Of a stretch of DNA of 64,000 nt, positions 45,476 to 58,430 are shown piece by piece. This stretch comes from Trichoplax sp. H2 (Eukaryota), in contig NOWV01000130.1 of NCBI GenBank assembly GCA_003344405.1, forward strand, positions 124,001-188,000, read 5' to 3'. Position 1 is the stretch's first letter. Each line of letters opens with the position of its first letter. The notes beneath the pieces were generated by a model. It had not been told where the DNA came from. It was given only the letters and a program-made list of their open reading frames with translations, and did no database searches. Made by a program: the position numbers and the translations under genes.

Positions 45476-46821
45476 TTAGTTATCGTCTATTTCCATTTGA
45501 TAGATTTGCGAAAGTGATATAGATACGTCCATTTGAGACTGGAGAGTTTAATCGATAGTATTGGGTAATGATATTAATGTTTTTTCTGCTGGTTCCCATC
45601 GACATATCATTTCCGTAACGCTTGAAGAGTCAAAAATTACGCCCAAGGAAGACGTCCACAGTCCAGACTACAGATTCTCCTTTCTTTCATTTCTTTTCAA
45701 AGTGACTGCTCTACAGTACTGCGAGTATTCCACATTCAATTGGATTGGGTAATTTTCACCAAAAACTACTGTACAGCTTTGAAACGAGACTTTACTCTAC
45801 TGTACTTCTTCTAAGTCAACAATTACAGACGTACAGACTACAACAATGCTGTCAGTCAGCCATCGAATAGAATTATTATTATTATTGTCATGATTATTGC
45901 ATGATTAATACTATTATGACATGCCTCGATTTGTATTCACTTTAAACTTGGAGTTCAATCTTATTTCAATGGATAAAATATTGCGCATAAAGACCCCTAG
46001 CCATGGACTACATTATAAAATAGTCCATATTCCGCAACTTTCAGCAGCACACGCTCAAGTGTTTCATTTTAGTATTGACTACTCTACCTATCCCCTTCAG
46101 CGGCAGCTTACAAGCAATCGATAAAATAACGTGTCGCAAAAGAAAAAAGACCATTTACTCTATTGGCGGCAACAATTGAACTCGACCAATATTCAACCGA
46201 AGTTAAATGATAATCTAGTACTGTACAGTAGGTTACGTTGATCATGTCAATCGGAGTGGGGTTTACACAACACTACTGCCAACACACATGGACATTGTAC
46301 AGTATGTAGGTATAGAGTACAATATCAGATTGGCTAGTGCTTACCATTGCCATTGACCGCAATGTAGTAGTAGAAACTATCTGTTCAAACTGCATCCAGG
46401 AGAAACTATCACTTCAAACTGCATCCAGGAGAAAAACTATCACTTCAAACTGCATACAGTATTTCTATGGTTACCAACTTTGATGACTCACTATAGCATA
46501 ATCTAATCTACAATCCCCAAATAAATAAAATATGTTGAGCATTGTACAATACTGTATATGTTATGTTCTTAGTATACTGTACAGTATGGCCATGGAGTAT
46601 ATCTACTCTACTCTCATATCGTTACAGACTGGCACTTATTGAATTCAAATAAATAAATAAAAATAGGTCTACAAAAGATCGGCCCTCCCCAACAGTCCCA
46701 AGATCCTTTCGTCATCATTGTACGCGCAGAAACTTTGCGAACAATAACATGAGGTAAAAAGGGAAGGGAAAAATCTCCCTCCAACTACTGTACAATACAT
46801 ANNNNNNNNNNNNNNNNNNNN

Positions 46822-49237
46822 GAATTTCAACTAAGAAATACTGATGTTGTCGTCTATTACAAGTCTTTTAAATTAACTTCAACTATCCTTTGCTTACATA
46901 TCAATTCTACGTAAACCTAGCAAGTCGAGAAGTGTCTTGTAACCACGATAGCGATTCAATTCCTGAAAAAGTGAAAAAGCCGCGACAGGCAAAATTGAAG
47001 GTGACAAAAAAGTAAGGCTACAAATACTGCACAGTACATTAATCCAGTCACAGTGGCGATCCTTACACAGTCCGTACAGTACAGTACTGTGCAGCACGTA
47101 CTGTACACTGTGGACTGTACACTGTACAGGAGGTCTTTTATTGGTGTATGGTACAGTTGTGTAGCTTTTGTACAATGTACTTGTACAGTAGTGACCTTAT
47201 CAATCATCCACTAGGATTGCGTCAGTGTGCTTCCGTGCATTATTAATTAATTAATTAATTAATTATTATACAGTACAGTACAGTACGGTTGATACGTACT
47301 GTACTGTACTGTACGCGCCATCTACAGTACTGTACAGTGTACAGTACAGTACTGTACGTACTGTACTGTTGCGGCCTAAACTGGCGACAGGCCCTATAAA
47401 ACTCTACCGTACAGTATGTACTGTACTCTACTGTACAGTGCACAGTACTGTGTTGTCATTTTATTCGATTTCTTTTTGTTGCACTGAGGGCACAATGCGA
47501 CATGCGCAGTACAGTACAGATGGAGTCTACTGCTTTAGTACTGTACTTGTGATGGACTACTGTATATCATCTTTTACCAGTCTTCAACAGTTCTTAACCT
47601 TATTAAATGAAGTTATACTGTACAGTACTGTACTGTACTGTACAGTCTGTACAGTGTACAGTACAGTATAATAACATTTAGTCGGAGTGGCTTACAGTAC
47701 AGTATTAGACAGTACTACTGTACAGTACAACGTACTGTAACTGGACGAGTTCGATGGACCAGACTGTACTGTACCATACCGTGCAACTGTAAAATCAAAA
47801 ATTCAACACTTCAGTATAGTGTACAGTATGAAAATCGAAATTTCGATTCAAGTGCTAATTTTTATTTGATTGATTCTATTCTTGTACTGTACATTAGTTA
47901 TCGTCTATTTCCATTTGATAGATTTGCGAAAGTGACATAGATACGTCCATTTGAGACTGGAGAGTTTAATCGATAGTATTGGGTAATGATATTAAAGTTT
48001 TTTCTGCTGGTTCCCATCGACATATCATTTCCGTAACGTTTGAAAAGTCAAAAATTACGCCCAAGGAAGACGTCCACAGTCCAGACTACAGATTCTCCTT
48101 TCTTTCATTTCTTTTCAAAGTGACTGCTCTACAGTACTGCGAGTATTCCACATTCAATTGGATTGGGTAATTTTCACCAAAAACTACTGTACAGCTTTGA
48201 AACGAGACTTTACTCTACTGTACTTCTTCTAAGTCAACAATTACAGACGTACAGACTACAACAATGCTGTCAGTCAGCCATCGAATAGAATTATTATTAT
48301 TATTGTCATGATTATTGCATGATTAATACTATTATGACATGCCTCGATTTGTATTCACTTTAAACTTGGAGTTCAATCTTATTTCAATGGATAAAATATT
48401 GCGCATAAAGACCCCTAGCCATGGATTACATTATAAAATAGTCCATATTCCGCAACTTTCAGCAGCACACGCTCAAGTGTTTCATTTTAGCACTGACTAC
48501 TCTACCTACCCCCTCCATTGTACAGTATGTAGGTATAGAGTACAATATCAGATTGGCTAGTGCTTACCATTGCCGTTGGTAGTAGAAACTATCTGTTCAA
48601 ACTGCATCCAGGAGAAACTATCACTTCAAACTGCATACAGTATTTCTATGGTTACCAACTTTGATGACTCACTATAGCATAATCTAATCTACAATCCCCA
48701 AATAAATAAATAAAATATGTTGAGCATTGTACAGTATACAGTATGTATGTTATGTTCTTAGTATATGGCCATGGAGTATATCTACTGTACTCTCATATCG
48801 TTACAGACTGGCACTTATTGAATTCGAATAAATCAATAAAAATAGGTCTACAAAAGATCGGCCCTCCCCAACAGTCCCAAGATCCTTTCGTCATCATTGT
48901 ACGCGCAGAAACTTCGCGAACAATAACATGAGGTAAAAAGGGAAGGGAAAAATCTCCCTCCAACTACTGTACAATACATAGTATAATATATGGACAGTCG
49001 ACCTGTCAACGGTTGGATTCTACAGTATTTGCTAATAGTGTATTGCAGTGTAATTTTGGTCGGAAACCAGCTGTCTTTACAGCCAGCACATTTCCGAAAT
49101 CAGCCTGATCCATCTCTCAGGGTTGGGGCTACCGTTGACTTGTTTTTATCGAATAATCCTGCCCAAGGTGTTGTGAAAATGGCGTTAAGAAATCAATTTG
49201 ACGATCCGTTCAATGATCCTTTCTTTCAGTTAGTTTT
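46822..49237. other. Probable uncollapsed alternative haplotype between two N-gaps
   Basis: 46822-48980 repeats 44415-46801, and 48835-49237 repeats 49258-49623 (including MLF exon 1), with SNPs and indels. It is bounded exactly by N runs. Both flanking copies carry aactttgcga while this block has aacttcgcga. Confidence 0.8.
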
Positions 49238-49564
49238 NNNNNNNNNNNNNNNNNNNNAATAAAAATAGGTCTACAAAAGATCGGCCCTCCCCAACAGTCC
49301 CAAGATCCTTTCGTCATCATTGTACGCGCAGAAACTTTGCGAACAATAACATGAGGTAAAAAGGGAAGGGAAAAATCTCCCTCCAACTACTGTACAATAC
49401 ATACAGTACAGTATTTGCTAATAGTGTATTGCAGTGTAATCTTGGTCGGAAATCAGCTGTCTTTACAGCCAGCACATTTCCGAAATCAGCCTGATCCATC
49501 TCTCAGGGTTGGGGCTACCGTTGACTTGTTTTTATCGAATAATCCTGCCCAAGGTGTTGTGAAA

Positions 49565-51734
49565 ATGGCGTTAAGAAATCAATTTGACGATCCGTTCAAT
49601 GATCCTTTCTTTCAGTTAGTTTTCATCACTATTTGAAGCCATAATGATGATGAAAAGAGTCGATCTAGAAGATACCATTCTTTTTCTATTGTACCATTTT
49701 AGAGATAATATGTCGGCAAGAGTTAACCACTTTAACCCTTTCGCCCAAGATCCATTTTTCAATCATTCGAGAAGTGCGATCGCCATGAGCAATCCCATGA
49801 TGATGATGGTAAGACTACTAAAGAAGTCATTCTTTGAATGTCGATTGTTGAGTATCGGGGATATTGGACTCTTGAGTCTGGTAGGAAGAGCAGAGTCCCC
49901 GAAACAGGTTACTGATTTTGTTATTGCAAGAATTTTTTTTTCCATTTTCACTATCTCACTTGGGAGAATGTATACGGTAGGTAAGGGTTAAGCAATTTCT
50001 TGATGCGCCATATACGAATCAATTCCTAGATCGATATCAATATTATTATCAACGTGTTATGTAAGCAATGGATGCAACAGACTAACGTTAATGCAGGGGT
50101 CTACACTATCAATACTTCATCGTGTTTACGTTAGCTATCTCAAAAATTGCTCATGGGGTAGATTTGAATTGAACGTAACCATTTAATTTAATTTATGCTA
50201 GCTTCGGACCTACAGTACATAATATTAGTGCGGTGCTGTCGATTTTATCATACTGTACAAGTCATAAAGTGTTTCTTGACAGTCAACACATTGCAAGCCT
50301 ACTAATCTACTCTACACAGTACAACTCAATGTAAAAACCCTTTTCCATTAATACTAAATAAGGCAACCCAAAACGAATACATGGACTTGCAATAGATTGA
50401 CTAATTCTTTTCGCCAAAAGATTACGAGATAAATCATAACCAAATCCATAGAGATATATACGTATTTTTACGTAGGCACTCTTTAAAAAATTCACGCTGT
50501 CGTATTGTACTTTCAGCCGAATAACCCTTTCATGGCAATGGAGAATATGATGAATAATATGATGGCTCCTTTTCATAATTCACTACTAGGAATGCATTCG
50601 CCAATGAATGACTTCGTAAGTTGATAAGTGTAATTGTTAAATTGTCAGGCTTGGAATAGTTCATCCTTTAATTAAGCCTTATAACATTATCACCATTGAA
50701 TGTAATACTATAGCTGGGTAGAGTTTCAACTTCAAGCTTTTATCCATTTTATCAATTATAGCGAAATTTAGAAAGAAATGCAAACTGCCACACTTTTTCG
50801 TCTTCATCAATCATGACTTACTCAAGCAATGGCGGCGATGGTCAACCGCAGATTTATCAAGCCTCTAGTAGTACCCATTCTTTACCTAATGGTGTAAGCA
50901 TACAATTTAATTTAGTAGATGCTGAGCTTACTAGCAATAGTATCATGTACAGTATAGCTGGTGTTCCGCAAGTATACGATCACAGTTGATGTCAATAAAG
51001 TAGCTGTAACTTTCATAAACTTATCATCCCTGTTATAGATAAAGGAAATTAGAAGAACAGTAAAAGATTCAGCCAGCGGATTACATAAAATGGCAATTGG
51101 ACATCACATTGGTAATGGAAAATAAGAGATAAAGTCTAGTCTTATCTATACTATACTGTACTACTACCCTTTTAAGCTTTTGATTATGGCACTCAAAATT
51201 ACTATTATATGCGCACTTCAATACGAATATGTTTTAACCGTAGGCGATAGAAGCCATACCATCGAAGATGCGAGGAATATGAAAACTGGCTCTCATGAAC
51301 ATGTACAGAATTTGGTCAATCTTACTGAAGGTAATCAATGTTATAAATTGAAATTATCAAGTAGCTTCATGACTCTCTCATTCCTAATGACTATGATTAT
51401 AGCTTCAAGTAATACTGTAAAACATTTGTTATTGCATAATCTAGAGGATGCCGAAACATTTGATAGAGAATGGCAACAGGCTACAAAAGCTGAAGCGCAC
51501 GCACCCGCAATTCGTAATCATAGGCATCAACGGAAAGGTATTCATCGAGGTTTGCCAGGCACTGAGAAAGTAAGACCTAATCGCTTGCATAAGAAAGCGC
51601 CCTTAAATGCTTCCAAAGAGTACGTACCACCAACTCCACCGCGTGGTGGTGGTAGAGAACAGGATAATTTTCATAGCCACAGCTCAAGGCATGTTCGCTT
51701 TGACAATAATAACACCCATAGCAGACGTTACTAA
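49565..51734 (+). CDS. MLF: Myeloid leukemia factor family protein (MLF1/MLF2-like)
   Basis: ATG at 49565 gives MALRNQFDDPFNDPFF. Exons ~49565-49614, 49703-49808, 50517-50615, 50762-50893 (HTFSSSSIMTYS..PQIYQASSST), 51039-51111 (IKEIRRTVKDSASGLHKMAIGHHIG), 51244-51330 (DRSHTIE..QNLVNLTE) and 51445-51734 (EDAETFDREW). These match the MLF core motifs. Confidence 0.92.
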
Positions 51735-53426
51735 TTACTGCTTTTGCAAATAACACTGCAAAAAATGTATTGTTACTTATAGCATTTATCTGGTTAGCGA
51801 GTATGATAAATATCTTATCGTATGCTAGTTCTGCTTAAAATCTGGATATTGTACAGTTTCTGTAACTGCTTAGATTCGATATGGTAAAAATATTTCGTAC
51901 TATATTAAAGGATTTATTGCTCAGATTAACGTACATTATTACAGTTTATTACTTATTGCATCAGAAATGTTTCATGAAATCAAATGTCGATAACGATCTA
52001 AAAATTTTACATGTATACATATACTCTTATTGTATCTAATGTATAGTTTTACATGGTGGTTTCTTTCCAATATATTATACAATATATAATATATACGTAA
52101 GTTTTTATAGTTTCCACATTACGATAGTGAAAATTAAAACCGTTCTAAATAATTGTAACAATCTACGAAATAGGTTAGCACTCCAATTTTTGTTCGAAGT
52201 TTTTGTGTTTAAGGAAGGTTTAACTTTAATTTCTCCTTTATTGTATTAAATAAGTATATATACTGTACGTTTGTAGTCGTATACATACATGTATAATAAT
52301 TTAACCTTATCAAAATTAGTAATAAATATTTATAAAACTGTGGTACGCAAATACAAAAACTAATTTGGTTAATTGCCACATTGGGATCGAAAGGTATAAA
52401 CTGTTACACAATCCTTTAGTATAAAGGAAAGTTATTAAGGCATGATAATTGAAAAAGTCAACAAGTATCGTTTCTAGCAATAATTATGTATTATCAACTT
52501 CGTGATCAATTTAGGAGTAGAGATAGCTACACTACAAGAAGCAACTTTATAAACGTAATGCCTTCGAAATTAAACAATACCATATCGAATGTAAAATTGA
52601 ATTTATTGCTGCAAAACTGGTTCTACCACAGTTAAAATTCCGCAAATAGACGTTATTTTTATTTACTTTCAATGTTCGCAAAGCGTCAATTTATTACAAA
52701 TAACAAAGTAATATCTTGAATATTCACATTCAAACTATAACGTTGATAGGATTTCACTCACTATCAGATAATTAATACTATTATCAGTACTTTTATTTGC
52801 TTAATAAGCAATGATTGAATTTAATAATTTTTACAGTATCAAGAAATTATACAGGTCTTGAAATTATAATATTGTAGAGCACGATTAATAATATCTTTTT
52901 GTCAGAAATCGAAATGAAAATTACAACAATATACAAATAGGAATGTAGAAATTTCAGAATTTACAACTTAGCATCTAATGAGCCTTCATCTATTGTATCA
53001 CTGCTCAATAATTATACATGTATAGTTGTATTTGATCATTAATATTTTTATTTATTACTGTGAAAAAAAAAATAGAAAATTTACCACTTAAGTTTGATCA
53101 TGGAATGCTACGAAGACTTACTAGTAGCCCATGATTTGATACAACTACAGAGTGGGCATACTTCTTTCAATAGATATATACAGTGCTTTAGACTAAAGCA
53201 TCAAGAAGGAATTGTCGTGATTATCATGACAATAAAATCACAATTGTTAAAACTCTCCAAACTAACGAGGTATGAAAACCGTATATTTTAGATATCAAAT
53301 AAAATCGATTACACTTTTTAACTACTAGTTCATAGAAATAGAAATATACACCAAGAGAGGGTAGTGTTAAAATTTAAATGAGATCGAAAGAATCCAAAAA
53401 TGAGAAGGAAAATATTCATACCATTT

Positions 53427-55520
53427 CTAACTTTTCATCAAAGGTTGTAATGATAAAGCTTTACGTGATGGTGTCTTCAAATCTTCGATATTCAATGTCT
53501 TAGTGGTGCCTATCGACGTATTTCGTTCATTACTAACACTGACTAATGGTAATAACGTAGTCGTTGAGCGATCAGTTGAGGTTGACGAAACACCATCATT
53601 TTCATTATCCCAGCTTGAAAATGATCCATTAATCGAGCCTCCAGCTTCGCGTTTTAAAAGTGTAGCAGTGCTAGAGCAATCATCATCAACTGTCGACGTA
53701 TTGGATGATCTCCTATCGTCGTTGAAGACAAAAGTAGCAGCTCGCGGTCTTAACTCGTTGTAGACATCATTTAAGTTAGGTTGATTTGGTGTTAGAGAAG
53801 GTAAATTATCGCCACCGAGTCCTTTCTTACTGTTAGCCATACGCTGAGCGCGTTGCCTTTTAGCATTAATCGTGGCTGCATCACCGAAACTAAATGAAAC
53901 TGACCGAAAGATCTTCTCTGATCTTTCAGTCAATTTTAACTCTTCATTTTCTGGTAAATCTTGTAATTTACCACCAGAAAGGCTAGGTTTTATTACATTC
54001 GATTCAATTCTTGGAGTGCGTTGTGGTCTTGTACCAGTAACCGATACATTAGGTATCCTTGTAGGTTTGCTCATCATATCAGCATTATTAACTGTAAAAT
54101 TATCACTGCAAGAAATATCTGCTGGAATAGATAAACGCCGACCTTCTGCGTTTTGACTAAATTGCCTGGATGCTAGTGTTTGACTTGGAGAAACTTTATT
54201 ATCACTTATCTTGAGAAGTCGTTTAATCTCTTTCACGATATTCTTACTGCTATATGCATAAATAATTGGATTGACAAGAAATGTTAAAGACATCAGAAAG
54301 TAAGTGATAAACTTAACATCGTTGCTGACATATACACGATTTGGACCTGTACATGTCATATCTAAAATCAAGACTACAAAATAGCCTGTTAAACACAAGG
54401 CAAACGCTGACGAAACATAGACCAACGATTTAGCAGCTTTATGTCTGGATATTTTCAATCGAATCATACTAACATTACTGACGATACTTTGTTTTCGTCG
54501 AGAGATTGATCGCCGAATAGAATTTATACTAGGACGCCGAATGGAATTTATACTAGGATGCCGAATTGATCGAATATCGGCATCTGTAGTGAAAGAATCA
54601 TCAGTATTCGAATCTTTACGCCCACCACATTTTTGGCTATCGAACACGCTACTGTCTGAATAAGTTCTCGGTCGGCCATTACTGTTATTATCCTGATTCT
54701 GATTATTTTGATTAATACGATTGCTCACGTTGTCATCAAAAAGACTTGTTCTTTTATCACCTTGGTGATTTATTAGCGTTGTTTGGCTGTTATTTGGTTC
54801 CATATTAGGTCGACGATGACGATTAGCGATAACCAAAATGTAACCATGGACAGCGATAATAAATATAAAAGGTATAACGTAGTATATACAAGTACAAGTT
54901 ATCGAGTAAGCAAAGATCGCACGAATATTGAAATTAGTAGCAATACTGGCATTAAAACTATTATTATCACTATTGGTTATATTGATACAGTTATAATCTT
55001 CTGGTGTACCTTGACAATAAACCGGATAGTAAAATGTGCATGTTTCGAAGGTCGGTGAAACAATAAAAATTCTAATTAATAACGACGGTAAAGATAAAAT
55101 TGCACAAATCAGTGCAGTAAGGACAATTGCTATATTACTTTTACGCGTTGTAAATCGGAAAGTATGACGATAAGGCAAAGCTATGGCTATATATCGATCA
55201 ATAGAGATAATGGCTACAATAGCTATACAAAGTAATGCAAAAAATTGGTGGCTATAACCGTAAATACTACAAAATATCCAACCGAACGGCCATCTATTGG
55301 CGGCAATTACGGCGATAGATAGCGGTAGAGAAAGCACTGTACAAACTAAATTAATTACTACTTGAGTTCGGATAAATCTGTAGCGATTTTCATCCTCTAT
55401 GATTTGCGGTTTTTTAACGAATGCTAACAAAACAGGTAAATTTAACATTAATGAGACTAGCAAAACAACTGCTAGTAAAGTTACTTTAACCGATGAATGT
55501 ATCCATGGTGGATCGGACAT
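53427..55520 (-). CDS. Intronless orphan class A (rhodopsin-like) GPCR, GPR161-like features, long C-tail
   Basis: 697-aa ORF with seven hydrophobic segments, WPFGWIFC in ECL1, SIDRYIAI at the end of TM3, NPIIY in TM7, and a ~270-aa Ser-rich tail. Confidence 0.93.
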   Translation of the reverse strand: MSDPPWIHSSVKVTLLAVVLLVSLMLNLPVLLAFVKKPQIIEDENRYRFIRTQVVINLVCTVLSLPLSIAVIAANRWPFGWIFCSIYGYSHQFFALLCIAIVAIISIDRYIAIALPYRHTFRFTTRKSNIAIVLTALICAILSLPSLLIRIFIVSPTFETCTFYYPVYCQGTPEDYNCINITNSDNNSFNASIATNFNIRAIFAYSITCTCIYYVIPFIFIIAVHGYILVIANRHRRPNMEPNNSQTTLINHQGDKRTSLFDDNVSNRINQNNQNQDNNSNGRPRTYSDSSVFDSQKCGGRKDSNTDDSFTTDADIRSIRHPSINSIRRPSINSIRRSISRRKQSIVSNVSMIRLKISRHKAAKSLVYVSSAFALCLTGYFVVLILDMTCTGPNRVYVSNDVKFITYFLMSLTFLVNPIIYAYSSKNIVKEIKRLLKISDNKVSPSQTLASRQFSQNAEGRRLSIPADISCSDNFTVNNADMMSKPTRIPNVSVTGTRPQRTPRIESNVIKPSLSGGKLQDLPENEELKLTERSEKIFRSVSFSFGDAATINAKRQRAQRMANSKKGLGGDNLPSLTPNQPNLNDVYNELRPRAATFVFNDDRRSSNTSTVDDDCSSTATLLKREAGGSINGSFSSWDNENDGVSSTSTDRSTTTLLPLVSVSNERNTSIGTTKTLNIEDLKTPSRKALSLQPLMKS

Positions 55521-58430
55521 CGCACTCGATTTCCGATATCGGCGTAGTCTTCTTATTATCCAATAATTTTGATAAAACTAATTGAATTACATTAAGATCG
55601 GTAAGATAGGAGAAAAATTTAAATGGAATAAAAATGCCCGACGTTAACGATCTGAACTAGCCAACCAGACGTGCTCGAATTTTCCAGACGCTGTACTGTC
55701 TGATTTTTACAACTATCGAAAATATAATCAGCTTGTTTTATGATTTAGCACTATAATCTTGTTTACCATAAATAACATTCCATAGGATGGGCCGATCGGC
55801 ACGCAGCTAAATAATGATCACCTGTTAAATATTCATATCCAACTATTGTTCAATCATCTCGAAGACTGACAAATAGTTGACTTAGGTGGTAAATTTTAAT
55901 AGAGCTGCGAAATGCGTAGGGATAGGTCACTCCAGAATCACAAGTACCGATATCACACGTTTACGAACCAATTTTTAAAAAGAAGTCAAAAATAACATTA
56001 AATTTAATTACAGTTGTGACTCACTAATAATGTCGCTACATTGATATTGTACATAAGTTGGCAGCATGGGTACCATTGATTATCACTGAGTAGCGTACCA
56101 TAGCGACAATACAATAAAAAAAGCATAAAACGCTCGCCTCTCTTCTTTCATTAGAAAGGAGCCTTAGCTGCAGTAGCTTAAGGTCATGAGAAAGCGATCA
56201 TTCTATTTTCAGTTGTAAACAAATGGCTACTAAAGGGCATGGGAATAGCACGTTTAATTAATAATAGACCAATCTAAAGCACCGAATTCAATATCAACTG
56301 CATAGTAGATATTGTTAGCAACTGCAGTTTGACACTTGATTGAATTTCTTCAATTCTTTTCAAACGGTAAATTTGCTATTCAATTACACAATCATTATAG
56401 TATAATATAATAATAATGAAGCTTTAATTATCATAATATTGTTTTCCATCGCAAATCACTATTCTATGCACAACAATTGCAAATAATAAAGACTGTTATG
56501 AAGAATAACAAATGAGATCGATCAAAGTACAAAGTAGCATTGGCATTGATTATATTCGCTTTTTTTGTATTGATAGCAATCATGGGCCGGTTACATATTG
56601 TCGTCTATCGCTTACAATGTGAAAACTGTTGAGTGCGATTACCTGATATTGAACTCGAATGAAAAGATAGAATTAAGGTTATGGAAATAAAACTAGCAAA
56701 TCTCTTATCAACTGAATAGTATTTGCAATCGACTAATGATTTCACTAACTGTAACAAATTAACCTTTTCAAACAACGAGAACACTAAAGTTATAAGTTCG
56801 CCGACCAAATTAGTGCCCCTGTACAACTCTGCTTAGAACCTCACTGTGGGTGTTCTTCTGACCTAAATAATTACATAACCTAAAGAAGCTCATGACGTAT
56901 GATAGGAATTGATAGCTATTCACAGGATTACTTACCAATTCAATGTTAGTCCATACAGTTATTATTATTTTTCCTTTTGATATTTCAAAATTATCATTAA
57001 TTTATACTATTATTAAAATGATTAAATTTTTAGGTAATTTTTTATCAATTAGCTCTGTAAATACATCCAATAATTGATCAATCATGCATTTATTATAAGT
57101 TTTGTTAACAATTTTATTATCCTATGTTAATAATTAAGTTCGTTATACTTGTCAATATGATATTTCATTGTGGCCGTGTTGATTGCATATAAAATAACGT
57201 GTAACGTTGTATATTGGACTCTAACCATCACTTAACCTAAATTGATCCCGAAGTAATTATACTTATGGCGATTTGCAATTTAAATTACTACAGCAAGTTA
57301 ATATATACAATTTATGAGCATCCATTGTATTTTTGAAATTATATAATAAGGTAATGCTGTAGACCGATCGAAAAGAGCTAACACCCAATTGATACGTTCG
57401 TGTATTAAGTGCTATCGTAATTATAGTGTTAAGAAACTATTACATGATTGTTACAATTTAAACTCTACTACAAGGAAACGTACAGTAAAAGTCTATAAGT
57501 AACTACTGACTTAAACCCCCTTTTGCTAAACCTTAAACACTCACAGCGAAGTACCATAAAGATAGAACTTTTATTAGCATAGACACATCTACAACTTTTC
57601 ACCACACAACTTAAATCAAACATTCCTGTTTATATAGGAACCGTCTAATTTTTATTACATGCTAATAGTGTCATGACAATGCATTAATGTTAGCTATGTC
57701 TAGCATAGCCTAAAGAACAGGCCCGTGCGTCAACATTTTTCTTGCCTTGTAGTCATCACCAGATGATAATAAAAGGGTATCTCGAAGTACTAAAAAATTA
57801 CTTTGTTATAGAATTATTTAAGATCAATATATGCAACTCAATTATAATGTAGTGTTCTAATTATTTATGTATAGCTTTCATTGGGATAATATAAACGATA
57901 CTTTCGATATGATACGTGATTTACGGGCAAACAGGGTGTTAGCAAAGAAAAACTATTTAGACCAGCAGAGTACTAATGTTGTAGGAATACCTTTTAATAT
58001 GTGATACATGATGTTAGACCGAGAGAAGTTAACGAACGTAAAATTACTTTGGGCCAGCAACAACATAAAATTGCAGGCATACGCACTATACATAACCCTG
58101 AATAATTAATATTATGATTACGTGTTCATTTTATCTGTAAATGACAAATTGCAAACAGACGTCAATAAACAAGCATTACTTGAAGCCTAATACTGACGTA
58201 ACGGTAAGTAGACAATTAAAAAATAGATCTTTTTGATAACAATAACACATGCGTTAATTTTTTACAACCAAAATGTTTATTATTTAAGTATTTAAATTAA
58301 GTAACATGAATCATGGATCTGTAACAATAAAGATGCCTACAATTTTTCACACTGTCACTACTACAGGTACTGGTAGCTAAAGAAGCTACAATAGCAGCCA
58401 CTATTCTAGAATGTCTTAGAGGTTTTTTGT

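Noticed and set aside
49179-49237. Second MLF first exon (alternative promoter or paralogue)
   Set aside because: It lies in the gap-bounded duplicate block and is identical to 49565 onward, so it is most likely an allelic assembly artefact.
53503-55058. Plus-strand ORFs within the GPCR
   Set aside because: They are antisense shadows of the 697-aa coding sequence.
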